In this document: positions 40,038 to 49,744 of the stretch, piece by piece | Position numbering within the stretch: the first letter of the stretch is position 1 | Layout of the letters: each line of letters opens with the position of its first letter | Source: an uncultured delta proteobacterium | GTDB lineage: Bacteria; Desulfobacterota; Syntrophia; Syntrophales; UBA2185 | Length of the DNA stretch: 64,000 nucleotides | Reading direction: 5' to 3' | Assembly (NCBI GenBank): GCA_963729715.1 | Contig: CAVSPA010000003.1 | Coordinates: 192,001 to 256,000 of the forward strand | The notes under the pieces: model-generated | The model's input: the letters and a program-made list of their open reading frames with translations, nothing else | What the model was told of the DNA's origin: nothing | The model's database searches: none | Translations under genes and position numbers: made by a program

Positions 40038-40811
40038 TTATTTCAGACCCGTGGCCAGGAAGGCGGCGCCGATAGCCCCGTTCACCTGAGCATATTCCGA
40101 GACCTCAACGGCCATTCCGATCTTTCTTTCGAGGGCCTTCACAACACCGATATTCTTTGCCACACCGCCCGTCATCACCACGAGAGGTGCAATCCGCAAA
40201 CGGTTTGCCATGGCAGCTATCCTTGCGGCAATAGACTCGTGTATGCCGGCAATAATGTTCTCCCGCTTTTCGCCCTTTGAGATGAGCGAGATGACCTCGG
40301 ATTCTGCAAAGACCGTGCAGAGGCTGCTGATTCTGGAGGGATCGCCTGCTCTCAGGGAAAGGGCTCCAAATCCGTCGAGGTCCACCTCCAACGCCCTCGC
40401 CATCACCTCCAGAAATCGTCCCGTGCCGGCGGCGCACTTGTCGTTCATCGCGAAGTTCTTTACCTTCCCCTTTTCATCGAGGACGATGGCTTTGCTGTCC
40501 TGCCCGCCGATATCAATGACGGAGCGGGCACGGGGATTCAGATAATGGGCGCCCGCGCCATGACAGATGATCTCCGTCATAGCCTTGTCCATGAACTTCA
40601 CGCTGTTCCTGCCGTATCCTGTGGAGACGATTCTCCCGACAGCGGCCTTCTCCATGCCGAGTTCCCCCAGCAACTCCTCGTACACCTTCGTACCGGCCTG
40701 TTCCGCGTTGTACCCCGTAAAGATGACCCTTGTGCCGCGTATCTTCCCTTCGGCTATGACGGCCGCCTTTGTGGTGATAGACCCGATGTCAATTCCTACT
40801 GTAATCATCAA
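40038..40811 (-). CDS. 2-hydroxyacyl-CoA dehydratase activase (HgdC/BcrAD family)
   Basis: GIDIGS.TTK, TGYGR, DIGGQDSK, MNDKCAAGTGRF, CTVFAESE. Confidence 0.93.
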   Translation of the reverse strand: MMITVGIDIGSITTKAAVIAEGKIRGTRVIFTGYNAEQAGTKVYEELLGELGMEKAAVGRIVSTGYGRNSVKFMDKAMTEIICHGAGAHYLNPRARSVIDIGGQDSKAIVLDEKGKVKNFAMNDKCAAGTGRFLEVMARALEVDLDGFGALSLRAGDPSRISSLCTVFAESEVISLISKGEKRENIIAGIHESIAARIAAMANRLRIAPLVVMTGGVAKNIGVVKALERKIGMAVEVSEYAQVNGAIGAAFLATGLK

Positions 40812-40832
40812 TTGCTCTCGTCCGTCTGCTGC

Positions 40833-42098
40833 CTAAGCCCCTTTCCGCTGCTTGATGATTTCCATGAAGGCATCGATGCGCGTGGAAATCTGGCTCTCCG
40901 AGAAGCTTCGCTCATCCACCATATCCGCCTCAATCATCAGGCAGGGAATCCCTCTTTCCTTCTCTACGATCTTCTGGATATCGTACTGACCCAGGGAGTA
41001 AGGTTTGCAGCTCCTGTTTGAATGCATCACAATGCCGTCGACCTTATACGTGTCCACCATCTCAAGCACTATACGGGCCATCTCATCCACGCCGATATTG
41101 AGGTAGATACGCGTGTAGGCCTCGGCCATGGAGTCAAAGAAATTATTTTCGTCGATGTACTTCGTCGTGCCGCACCAGGCGGAGGTATAGGTATCCGCGA
41201 CGAGGCAGGCGTTGTGTGCAGCCAGCTTTTCCGAGAGCCAGCGCGTCCGAGGCCAGATGGGTATATTGTCCCAGAGGAGCCTGTACTTCTCATTGGGGAT
41301 AGCCCCGATCCCTCTGGCCACGCGGTTTTTCATCTTCTCTAAAAGCTGCGTGTAATAGTCGATGACCAGCGGTGTTCCTCTCAGCGTGACGATTAGCGCC
41401 AGGTGGTAAAAGGCATCAAAGGCCGTCATGGGTGCGGGACTGTTTGCGGTCGTCGCGAGCACGGCCTGCCAGAGTCGCTGTCCTTCAAGGGAAAGCTTTC
41501 CCACAGCCTTTAGATGGTCGCTATCCATTTTCTTTCCGCAGACCTTTTCGAGGAAAAGCACATATTCATCGAGTTGCCTGCGGACATATCTTCGGGCCTC
41601 TTCGGCATAGCCTACATGGCAGAAGGGCGTATCGAAGATGAAAAGGGGGACGTTGAAGTAGCGGGCCTGAACCTCATACCATTTGATAACGGTCCCGCAG
41701 ATATTGTTGCAGCATATGAGCATGTCGGGACGGGGAAGACCACCGATAGGGCCGCCGTTCACCGTTGCGCAGGCGATATCGGAGCGCGCGTAGGAACAGA
41801 GGTCGCTCGAATATCCCATGGACTCGGACTTTTCACAAAGGTCCGTCCCCATCTTGCTCGCCCCGATCATTGCCCCGTGGTTTTCCGGATAGACGGGAAT
41901 TACATCCATCGCAATGAGGGGCTCGACGGGGCCACCGCTCGTAATCCAGGCAATCTTCCTGCCGCTGATGCGGGCGCTCTTTGCCTCCATGTAATAGACC
42001 ATCATGATCTCTTTCATCTTCTTTTTCTTCTTGAAATGAAGGGCAAGTTTCTTGATCTTCGCAAGAAAGAAGAGCACGATCTCCGGCATCTTATTCAT
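40833..42098 (-). CDS. 2-hydroxyacyl-CoA dehydratase subunit (HgdA/B, BcrB/C family)
   Basis: YPEN, DLCSY, NNICGT..KW, HSNRSCK, Q..TRIDAF.E. Confidence 0.9.
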   Translation of the reverse strand: MNKMPEIVLFFLAKIKKLALHFKKKKKMKEIMMVYYMEAKSARISGRKIAWITSGGPVEPLIAMDVIPVYPENHGAMIGASKMGTDLCEKSESMGYSSDLCSYARSDIACATVNGGPIGGLPRPDMLICCNNICGTVIKWYEVQARYFNVPLFIFDTPFCHVGYAEEARRYVRRQLDEYVLFLEKVCGKKMDSDHLKAVGKLSLEGQRLWQAVLATTANSPAPMTAFDAFYHLALIVTLRGTPLVIDYYTQLLEKMKNRVARGIGAIPNEKYRLLWDNIPIWPRTRWLSEKLAAHNACLVADTYTSAWCGTTKYIDENNFFDSMAEAYTRIYLNIGVDEMARIVLEMVDTYKVDGIVMHSNRSCKPYSLGQYDIQKIVEKERGIPCLMIEADMVDERSFSESQISTRIDAFMEIIKQRKGA

Positions 42099-42137
42099 AG
42101 ACGTCTCACTTTGGGTTTTTTCATTCCAGAAAATATT

Positions 42138-43256
42138 TCATAACATATCGACGAATGTCTCAAACCGCGTGCGCAACTGGCCCTCCGAAGGGAGCTGATC
42201 CTCCACTTCGAACATCATACTCGGCATGCCTTCCCTGTCGAGAATCTCCTTCATGTAGGGATAGTCAAAGGCATGGGGGTCGCAGAACTTGAGGAAAAAG
42301 AAGACGACACCGCGGGCGTCTTTCTCTTTTACGATCTTAAGAAGATTTTCACCCCGTGTAAATATCCCGGCATGCTTTGCCGGGCATACGGGCCTCTCAA
42401 TATAACGTCCGGCAATTGCGGCGATGGGGTCTGCGTTAACTTTTGCCGATTCCTCAAAATATCTTGAGCCGGTGCAGAAATCATCCCAGACGACGACCCC
42501 GCCGGCTTCTTCTATGATACGGTAGATATCCGGGTGGTTGCAAACGCCTCCGGCCAGGACTATACGCTTGCCCGCAGATAGATTTGCATTTCCCTTCTTC
42601 TTTTCGAGTCCCTCGATAACTGCAGGAAGAACCTCGGCAAGATGGTCACGGTCCATCATCATGGAAGCCTTGACAATCGCATAGAGATCACTGCCGCTGA
42701 TAATTCCGGGATCTTCGGCTTTCAGTTCGTATAGCCTCTTGAGAGAACCCCTGATGATGTTGAAGGTCTTAATGGCGTTCTTCAACTTGTCGTCGGTGAT
42801 CTGCACGCGCAGGTGCGAGGCAAGGTCATCCCTGAATTTTCTCAGGACATCGATCATGTATGCCCTGGCGCTTTCTGCATTTAGCTTCACGGGCAGCACT
42901 ATGTCTGCGTGAAAAGGCCCTTTCACATTCATACGCCAGATATCGGAGAGCCGCTGGATAGAATCGCAGGTGTGCGGAAAAATGGCCCCGTCGAGGAAAT
43001 CAAGATTGCCTGCCAGGGCCCCTTCGAGGGCTCCCCGCACCAGAGAGCAGCAGTAGGATTGGAAATGGGCGTCAGCAAAGTGAATGCTCTCACCTTGCGC
43101 GAAAATCCTGAAAGGATGCACCCCCGCGGCGTAGATGATTTCTTCCGGTGTATAGGAACAGAAGAATCCTACGATCTTCCGGCCTTGCGCCTTCATCTTT
43201 CTGCCGTATGATACTGGGTCTTTCAATATCGCGTAGAATTCATCCAGCTCTTTCAT
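42138..43256 (-). CDS. 2-hydroxyacyl-CoA dehydratase subunit (HgdA/B, BcrB/C family)
   Basis: CSYTPEEII.AAG, HTCDS.QR, DDFCTGSR, KFCDPH.FDYP, GQLRTR.E.F. Confidence 0.9.
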   Translation of the reverse strand: MKELDEFYAILKDPVSYGRKMKAQGRKIVGFFCSYTPEEIIYAAGVHPFRIFAQGESIHFADAHFQSYCCSLVRGALEGALAGNLDFLDGAIFPHTCDSIQRLSDIWRMNVKGPFHADIVLPVKLNAESARAYMIDVLRKFRDDLASHLRVQITDDKLKNAIKTFNIIRGSLKRLYELKAEDPGIISGSDLYAIVKASMMMDRDHLAEVLPAVIEGLEKKKGNANLSAGKRIVLAGGVCNHPDIYRIIEEAGGVVVWDDFCTGSRYFEESAKVNADPIAAIAGRYIERPVCPAKHAGIFTRGENLLKIVKEKDARGVVFFFLKFCDPHAFDYPYMKEILDREGMPSMMFEVEDQLPSEGQLRTRFETFVDML

Positions 43257-43273
43257 TTATGAAGCTCCTCGTT

Positions 43274-44992
43274 TCACTCTCCCGCATATTTCCCTGTATT
43301 CTTTAAATATGCGATCTCTTCCTCTTCCAGAACCTTATAGGCGATTTTGCCGACAATGGTCTTGGGCAGGGTCTTGCGGAATTCAATTTCACGCGGGCAG
43401 CTCCACTTGATAAGATGCTCGCGGCAGTGATCGATGAGCGCGTCCTCCATCTGCGGGCCTGCCTTTCCCGGGTCCTTCAGGACCACGAAGCCCTTTACGC
43501 GCTGCACCTGAGCTTCGTCCGGAACACCGATGATGCACGCCCCGTCTACCTCGGGATGCAGGCACAGGACGTCTTCCACCTGGGCGGGATAGACGTTCAT
43601 GCCCGAAGATTTGATCATCCGTTTCTGTCTGACCTTGAAATAAAAAAATCCGTCCTCGTCCATGGTGCCTATATCGCCGGTGTGCAGCCATATCTTTCCA
43701 TCGGGATGCGTCTTCAGTGTCTCGGCCGTTTCTTCCGGGTTATCGAGATAGCCGAGCATTACCGCCGGGCCGTGGATACATATCTCGCCTTCTTCCCCTG
43801 CAGCGGCTTCCTCCAGTGTTCCGGCTCGCACAATCTTGGCTAACATATCCGGGAAAGGCACGCCGATACTTCCTTCCCGGTAGTGGTCAAACGGAGTAAC
43901 CATGATGGCCGTCACCGCTTCCGTGAGGCCGTATCCTTCGAGGAGCTGGCATGTCCCGCCCCGTTCTTTAACGATCTTTTCGAAGCGCTCCTTGACAGCC
44001 CGCGGCAGGGTATCGGCGCCGCTGAAGGTGGCCCTGAGACAACTCAGATCAGCCTTCTGGAAACCGGGATTCCTGCCCAGGGCGTCAAAAAGGGTGGGCA
44101 CTCCGATCACGAAAGTGGGACGCCTCTTCTTGATCAGTTTGGCCACATCATCCGGCGTGAACTGAGGAACGAGGAGGCTTCTGGCGCCGCCCATGAAGCA
44201 GGCGTTTATGCAAACGCCGAGGCCGAAGCCGTGAAAGATAGGGAGGATGGCGAGAATGGTATCCTTTTCCGAGAGGCCGCCGATAACAGAGACCTGCATG
44301 CCCTCGCTGATGAAATTCATATTGGAAAGCATAATTCCCTTGGGGATGCCCGTCGTTCCTCCGCTGTAGAGGATTACCGCCACCTCATCCGTGCCCATGT
44401 CTGCTTTGGGGGCCTTCGGGTAATGGCCTTTCATAAGTTCTCCCCACCACTTCACCATGGGGTCTTTGGGAACCTTCGGGATCTTACGTCCCTTCGTAAG
44501 ATTAAAGCCGATTTTTTTTATTCCCTTGAGATAATCGGGTATGCGGGTCAAAATCAAAATTTCAAGTGGTGTCCTGTCTTTGACCTCCCTGAATTTACCG
44601 TAGAATGCGTCGAGGGTCATGGCAAAGCGACTATTGCTTGAATTCAGGTAGAACTCGATCTCCTTTGCCGTGGAGAGAGGATGAATCATGGCCGCTACGG
44701 CTCCGAGCTTGTTTGCCGCGTAAAAGCAGATGATCCCCTGAGGCGTGGTAGGCATGGAGATGGTAATCCTGTCCCCCTTCTTCATGCCGAGTGCGGCTAG
44801 CGCATCGGCGCACCGGTCGATATCGTGGCTGAACTGCCTGTAAGTTGAGGAGTACCCGGAAAAATCGTAGGCGGTGGCATCCGGGCACCGTTCCACGGTC
44901 TTCATGACCGCTTCATACATGGTCACTCGCGGATAATTGATGGATTCTGGGATGTCACCGTAAAATTTCAGCCAGGGTTTCTCTTCGTACAT
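43274..44992 (-). CDS. Long-chain acyl-CoA ligase (AMP-binding)
   Basis: YSGGTTG.PKG, EGYGLTE, WLHTGD, LPKT.VGK. Confidence 0.93.
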   Translation of the reverse strand: MYEEKPWLKFYGDIPESINYPRVTMYEAVMKTVERCPDATAYDFSGYSSTYRQFSHDIDRCADALAALGMKKGDRITISMPTTPQGIICFYAANKLGAVAAMIHPLSTAKEIEFYLNSSNSRFAMTLDAFYGKFREVKDRTPLEILILTRIPDYLKGIKKIGFNLTKGRKIPKVPKDPMVKWWGELMKGHYPKAPKADMGTDEVAVILYSGGTTGIPKGIMLSNMNFISEGMQVSVIGGLSEKDTILAILPIFHGFGLGVCINACFMGGARSLLVPQFTPDDVAKLIKKRRPTFVIGVPTLFDALGRNPGFQKADLSCLRATFSGADTLPRAVKERFEKIVKERGGTCQLLEGYGLTEAVTAIMVTPFDHYREGSIGVPFPDMLAKIVRAGTLEEAAAGEEGEICIHGPAVMLGYLDNPEETAETLKTHPDGKIWLHTGDIGTMDEDGFFYFKVRQKRMIKSSGMNVYPAQVEDVLCLHPEVDGACIIGVPDEAQVQRVKGFVVLKDPGKAGPQMEDALIDHCREHLIKWSCPREIEFRKTLPKTIVGKIAYKVLEEEEIAYLKNTGKYAGE

Positions 44993-45236
44993 GCCGCGAT
45001 ATCTTCCTTTCGAATGGATGTGTGCTGTCGCCGTGGGAGACAATAATGCAGAAGATAAAAAAATGTCAATGAAAAAGGCTCCATAAAATTCTGGCGAACC
45101 AATATTTATTTAGGCCTTTACGCGAGTTGGATATGTGAATGTAACTGAACCTGAAATCAATACAAAAGCGCCGGGAACGAAGAAATGCGCGAACATAAGA
45201 GGGAAGTTACGATGGTGTGTCAACAGCAAAATGGGG

Positions 45237-45295
45237 AAACCCGGGGATGTAGTACCAGTGCTGGGAAATTGGTATTATGCCCCCGGGGGTTTTTT
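45237..45295 (+). terminator. Long imperfect hairpin with T-tract (plus-strand terminator-like)
   Basis: CCGGGGATGTAGTACCA/TGGTATTATGCCCCCGG stem with G-U pairs only on the plus strand, followed by T6. Confidence 0.55.
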
Positions 45296-45368
45296 GCGCC
45301 ATTAGCTTTCGATCAGAGGAGAACAACGGCTGCTGACCGGAGTCGGCACTGATCTCAGCTCGGAGGTC

Positions 45369-45791
45369 TTACTTAGTGCAGGGGCCTATGTACTTGCCGC
45401 TCATCGTGTTCTTCACTGTCATCGGCTTGCCGCCCTGACTCGTTATCGTAGTCTGGGTTCCGCTGAACGAGGTCTTGCTGTAGGTTATGTCACCCTTGCT
45501 GACCATGCCATTCTTGCAGGTCATGGTCCAGGAGACCTTGTTGCCGACCGTCTTCTGGTCTGTCATCTTACATTGCTGCTCACTCTTTTGCTGCGGCTGC
45601 TGCGGTACAGCATTCTCCTTGGTCATGCAGATCGTATTCGTGATGGGGCGCAGCATCTCCTTCGGCAGACCGGGCATATTCATCGTGGTTGTCATCTCCC
45701 AGAGCCCCTCCTGATAATTCGGCGCCGCAAATGCCGACACAGCAAAAATAAGGCTCACAGCAGTTGCAAGAACCAAACTTCTCTTCATCAT
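45369..45791 (-). CDS. DUF3617 family exported protein
   Basis: Signal peptide; EGLWEMTT.M.MPG..C.T and GKYIGPC. Confidence 0.85.
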   Translation of the reverse strand: MMKRSLVLATAVSLIFAVSAFAAPNYQEGLWEMTTTMNMPGLPKEMLRPITNTICMTKENAVPQQPQQKSEQQCKMTDQKTVGNKVSWTMTCKNGMVSKGDITYSKTSFSGTQTTITSQGGKPMTVKNTMSGKYIGPCTK

Positions 45792-45854
45792 AATAAAACC
45801 TCCTTTTCTATTGCACGTTCATCGTGATGTTCGGCGCAGTTTCATCCATTAAAC

Positions 45855-48080
45855 TCACTTGCAGGGCGGGAGCCCTCCGGAATTCGAGCATGTCGGATCC
45901 ATCTTAGGGTCGCACTTGTAGCACGCCGTCATGCCCGGCGGGTTGAACGAGGCCAGATACCCATTATCATCAAACGTGACGTACGACAGCGCAGGCACTG
46001 CTTGCGTTCCCTTGGTGGTAGCAAAAGTCGCGGCTGTGCCCACAAAGGCGGACTTGACATAGCCCCCGGAACGGAACGCGACGAATGAACCTGCCATGAA
46101 TGGGGCAGACTTGCCGGAGCTGTAGTCGAGAGATTGGTTACCTGCTAAGGATAAATAACCGGAGCTAACGTAGCCATTGCTGACGTTGACAAATGAACCG
46201 GCGTAGAACCGAGCAGATTTGCCAGACGCGTAATCGAGAAATTGATCAGTTCCCAATGCCAAATAACCGGAGACAACATAGCCGTTGCTCAAGGTAATCT
46301 TTCCGCCGGGCAGGAAGGAAACAGCCTTGCCGGACTTGTATTCCAGAGACTGATTACCTGTCAAGGATAACAACCCGGAAGTGACATAGCCGCCGCCGAA
46401 CGTGACATATGAACCGGCATAGAATCGGGCAGACTTGCCGGAACTGTAGTAGAGGGATTGATCCGACTGGGACAGGTAGCCGTTCACGGCATAGCCGTTT
46501 CCGTCCAGTGTGACCGTAGTTCCTGCAAAAAACGTCGCTGAATTGTTGGAATTATATTTGATGGTTGTATTCTGTTTTAACTGTTTGGTGGTTGTGCTAC
46601 CGCCAGTAGCCGTACCGGTAGTACCTGTGCCGGTAGTAACTGTACCTGTAGTGCCCGTACCGCTGCCTGTGGAGCTGTGGTCTGCAATCTGGTATTGGCG
46701 ACGGTCCCATACACTGGAGTTTTCAACCCCTGTGATCATGATATAGAATTGCTTGCCGAATGGTCTGTCGGTGGGGGTCCAGGAAAACTGGCCCTGTCCC
46801 CACTTGCCACTGGAACCTTGTACTGCCGTGCTTTGAGCCGGCGTGTTATAAACCTTCATGTTGTAGCCACCGGCATCGGATTGAAGAGTGTCTATGCGGA
46901 CATGAGGACCGGGATCACCCTGATACTGCCAGCCAATTTGATAAGTCTGGTTTAGCACCAATATCTGCTGCGGGTCAGGGGATGTAAGTTTTATTCCGGG
47001 CGCTTCGCAGGTAAAAGCGGGACTCGTGCCCTGAACGGTAGGGAAATCCAAGCTGGTAACGCGTATAGCCAGTGTATTAGTCCGGTCAAGAGTAGCGTTC
47101 ATGCTTGGCACAGTCCAGGATATGGAGTTGCTGGCCTGGGAGGGAATGCTTGACTGGATAGTTTGAACCACTGGCCCGCCGTATGCCGGAACTAGTTCAA
47201 CCTTAACCGGCCTCCCATTGAGTTGGCTGTCCCAGGTTATTGGGTACGTTCTGCCTGGAGAACATTCCGCGACATTCTGACTTAAAATGAAGGACCCTAC
47301 CTTTATTTGAGGAAGGTTAATGGTGACTAAGAAAGTGGAGTCGAAAACAGTATCGGCTTTGGCGTCGCTGGTGACGCTGGTTGGCAACATGGCGCTGATC
47401 TGGAAACGGCACTGGTTGTAAACTCCGGGAGCAGGCACAGACCATGACCAACTCCCTTTCCCGCTGCTCCCGATCGGGATGTTGCGTGCTGACTGCACGA
47501 CTGCGCCGGAAGGGTCGAGTATAGTCAGGTTCACGGACGACAGATTTCCGGTATAGGACCAGGTGATCGCGTAAGATGAGCCAGTCATTAGCCATGACGG
47601 GGGACTGTCCAGTTTGATAGAGGTTTGCACGATACTAACCGGCAATCGGGCTTCAACCCGCGTATCGCCCTCATTGGTTACACGCACCTCATAATTGGTT
47701 GCAAAAGCATTCAGGGGAACGATATAGGCGTAGTTCCCTGTTGTCTGTCCAGTGGCTATCAACGCTGTCTGAGCCTTACCGTTCTCCCACAGGGATATGG
47801 TGACCGAGTTGGAGCGAGTGCCGTTGCAGGTCCATCGTATGGGATAATACATTCCCGTATACCACGTCGCCCCGCTTTGCGGAGTGGTTATCGTGATAGT
47901 GCCCTGCGGTGGAGCGTTGGGATTCAAGATATTAGATGCCGCGCCTCCCGCAGGTTGGAACTGCTGTGTACTCTTCTGGGTAGCAGCCGGCGCTGCGTAT
48001 GCCATGCATGTCAGCATAAGCAGGCAAACCAGCAATACCGGCGTCAGCACCTGAACTAAGTATTTTCCTCTTGCTCTCAT
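45855..48080 (-). CDS. Large secreted Ser/Thr-rich protein with Ig-like domains and C-terminal ~36-aa repeats
   Basis: Signal peptide; four 'P..G..Y.I.W' Ig-like modules; Gly/Thr linker; tandem repeats; 4-Cys tail; GGAGG before ATG 48080. Confidence 0.8.
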   Translation of the reverse strand: MRARGKYLVQVLTPVLLVCLLMLTCMAYAAPAATQKSTQQFQPAGGAASNILNPNAPPQGTITITTPQSGATWYTGMYYPIRWTCNGTRSNSVTISLWENGKAQTALIATGQTTGNYAYIVPLNAFATNYEVRVTNEGDTRVEARLPVSIVQTSIKLDSPPSWLMTGSSYAITWSYTGNLSSVNLTILDPSGAVVQSARNIPIGSSGKGSWSWSVPAPGVYNQCRFQISAMLPTSVTSDAKADTVFDSTFLVTINLPQIKVGSFILSQNVAECSPGRTYPITWDSQLNGRPVKVELVPAYGGPVVQTIQSSIPSQASNSISWTVPSMNATLDRTNTLAIRVTSLDFPTVQGTSPAFTCEAPGIKLTSPDPQQILVLNQTYQIGWQYQGDPGPHVRIDTLQSDAGGYNMKVYNTPAQSTAVQGSSGKWGQGQFSWTPTDRPFGKQFYIMITGVENSSVWDRRQYQIADHSSTGSGTGTTGTVTTGTGTTGTATGGSTTTKQLKQNTTIKYNSNNSATFFAGTTVTLDGNGYAVNGYLSQSDQSLYYSSGKSARFYAGSYVTFGGGYVTSGLLSLTGNQSLEYKSGKAVSFLPGGKITLSNGYVVSGYLALGTDQFLDYASGKSARFYAGSFVNVSNGYVSSGYLSLAGNQSLDYSSGKSAPFMAGSFVAFRSGGYVKSAFVGTAATFATTKGTQAVPALSYVTFDDNGYLASFNPPGMTACYKCDPKMDPTCSNSGGLPPCK
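45950..46575 (-). repeat. Five to six tandem ~36-aa (~108 bp) intragenic repeats
   Basis: Consensus SL.Y.SGKSA.F.AGS.V...GYV.SG.L....Q; also visible in DNA as recurring GACTTGCCGGA-like motifs. Confidence 0.85.
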
Positions 48081-48340
48081 CTTATACCTCCCGGTCAATT
48101 TATATCGTCAATGATTGCGCAGCACTGTTTTGCTCGGAGCTGCGGCAGTAATGGTTTATGACCCGCGTGGCATCGTCAGGCGTGGCAGAGCCTTCAAGGC
48201 GCACTACTGACGGAGATGAACATAATTTTTCTTGAGTACAATGGAAGTTCTATTCTTCAGCAGAGCTCTTGGCGTCGCCGACGGCCCTTTCAGATTTTCA
48301 GGAGACACGCGCCTCGATGAAAATCATGCGATCGTACAAA

Positions 48341-49744
48341 TTACTCACGTATGCTGAATGTGAAGAGGGGACTTTCGGCTAAAGCAGTATTCGAACTGTC
48401 GAACCCTTTCACTTTCCATGAATACGTCTTGCCCCGCGAGAAGAATGCCTTCATTACAGAATCGGGGAGCCTGTATGCCGAATTCTTTGCATAAGCGGAA
48501 AATATAGGTTTCTCTTCGCCTTTAAGAAAAAATTCGAGGAAATAAACCGATATACCTTCCGATGCATTCCACGCGAAGGTTGTCGGTTCATAGCCTATGA
48601 CACCCTGATCATTGGGGGAGAGGATGTTTAAGGACGCGAGTATTCTCGCTGCCGTCTCTTCGGGGGTGACATAGTAACTTATGAGGGGAAAGGAGATACT
48701 CTGAAAGGGAGCCGTAACGACAAAGCGTATCTGATGATCACCCGGAATAAAAGTGGAAAGAAGGGGCGGAGACGGCGACTCAATGGTGACGGTCGTCCCG
48801 GTTGTAATCATTTGCTTCACATTGGCAAGGAGGCCGCCGTCCACTTCCCAATAGCCCTGGAGCAGTCCTGATCCTACATAATTGATGTCTACGTATGCCC
48901 TCAGCTTGGGGTCATCCCGCTTGACAGTTATAACAGGCATGCGATTCTGGAAGTAAATCTGCATTCTCGTAATGAGAAGGCTCGCCCCTGCCGTGGAAGT
49001 TATGCTGATCGTTACCTGTGTATTGACAGTATTGGTTCCATTGGTAAACGTTCGGTTGTAAGTCATTCTTGAGCTTCCCATGGACAGGGCTTGCTGTATG
49101 ACTGACGGAAGGACGGTGATTGCCTCTGATATGGAGCCTCTCCCGTTAATTAAACTGGCGCTGATCTGAGAAGGGTTCGTGCCTACCTGAGTGCCGCCGA
49201 CATTGAAGGTTCCCTGCGTGGAGGTCATCGTCGTGCTTAACGCTGACGTTGCCGTAAACGTATATGTGATTCCCTGGGTAGTGGTGATATTACTCGGTAC
49301 GCTGTAAGAACTAATCGAAGCGCTTCCCGTGATGCTTACAGCAGAAACAGTCATTGCATATAGGGTTGCAAAGTTCTGGCCGCCGGGAGGCGGCGAACAA
49401 TTCTCCGTCGCTCGGACTGTGATTGACGGGGCAGATCCTGCCGTTGTCGGTGTTCCTGTTATAAGGCCTCCCGCGCTCATGGTAAGCCCGGCAGGCAGGG
49501 GGGCGCCGACGATAGTATAGGCGCCAAACGTTGCGCAACCACCGACTATGCAAAAAACTGTAACCTGCTGGGAATATGGCACCCCCACGAAAGCCGTAGG
49601 CAGCGTGACTCCTCCGGGGTTCCACACTACCGGGTGGACAACACATGCTTGACCCATTACAGGGACGGCCGATGCCAGAAAGCAGGCCATCACCAAGAGC
49701 TGGATCCATATGAATCGATATTTCTTATGTGTCAGCATGTTCAT
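48341..49744 (-). CDS. Secreted Ig-fold multidomain protein
   Basis: Signal peptide; LP.A.VG.PYS..LPAGLT....G.ITGTPT (putative Ig), a shared central domain and an FN3-like C-terminus (GKTYSWKV); ATGA overlap with the upstream gene. Confidence 0.8.
   Translation of the reverse strand: MNMLTHKKYRFIWIQLLVMACFLASAVPVMGQACVVHPVVWNPGGVTLPTAFVGVPYSQQVTVFCIVGGCATFGAYTIVGAPLPAGLTMSAGGLITGTPTTAGSAPSITVRATENCSPPPGGQNFATLYAMTVSAVSITGSASISSYSVPSNITTTQGITYTFTATSALSTTMTSTQGTFNVGGTQVGTNPSQISASLINGRGSISEAITVLPSVIQQALSMGSSRMTYNRTFTNGTNTVNTQVTISITSTAGASLLITRMQIYFQNRMPVITVKRDDPKLRAYVDINYVGSGLLQGYWEVDGGLLANVKQMITTGTTVTIESPSPPLLSTFIPGDHQIRFVVTAPFQSISFPLISYYVTPEETAARILASLNILSPNDQGVIGYEPTTFAWNASEGISVYFLEFFLKGEEKPIFSAYAKNSAYRLPDSVMKAFFSRGKTYSWKVKGFDSSNTALAESPLFTFSIRE

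Noticed and set aside
45950..46575. CRISPR array or diversity-generating retroelement repeats
   Set aside because: The repeats are in-frame coding units without unique spacers, and there is no cas or reverse transcriptase gene in the window.
48100..48340. c-di-GMP riboswitch upstream of the repeat protein
   Set aside because: I could not find the characteristic GGCAAAC..GAAA..GACGCAAA pattern on the minus strand.
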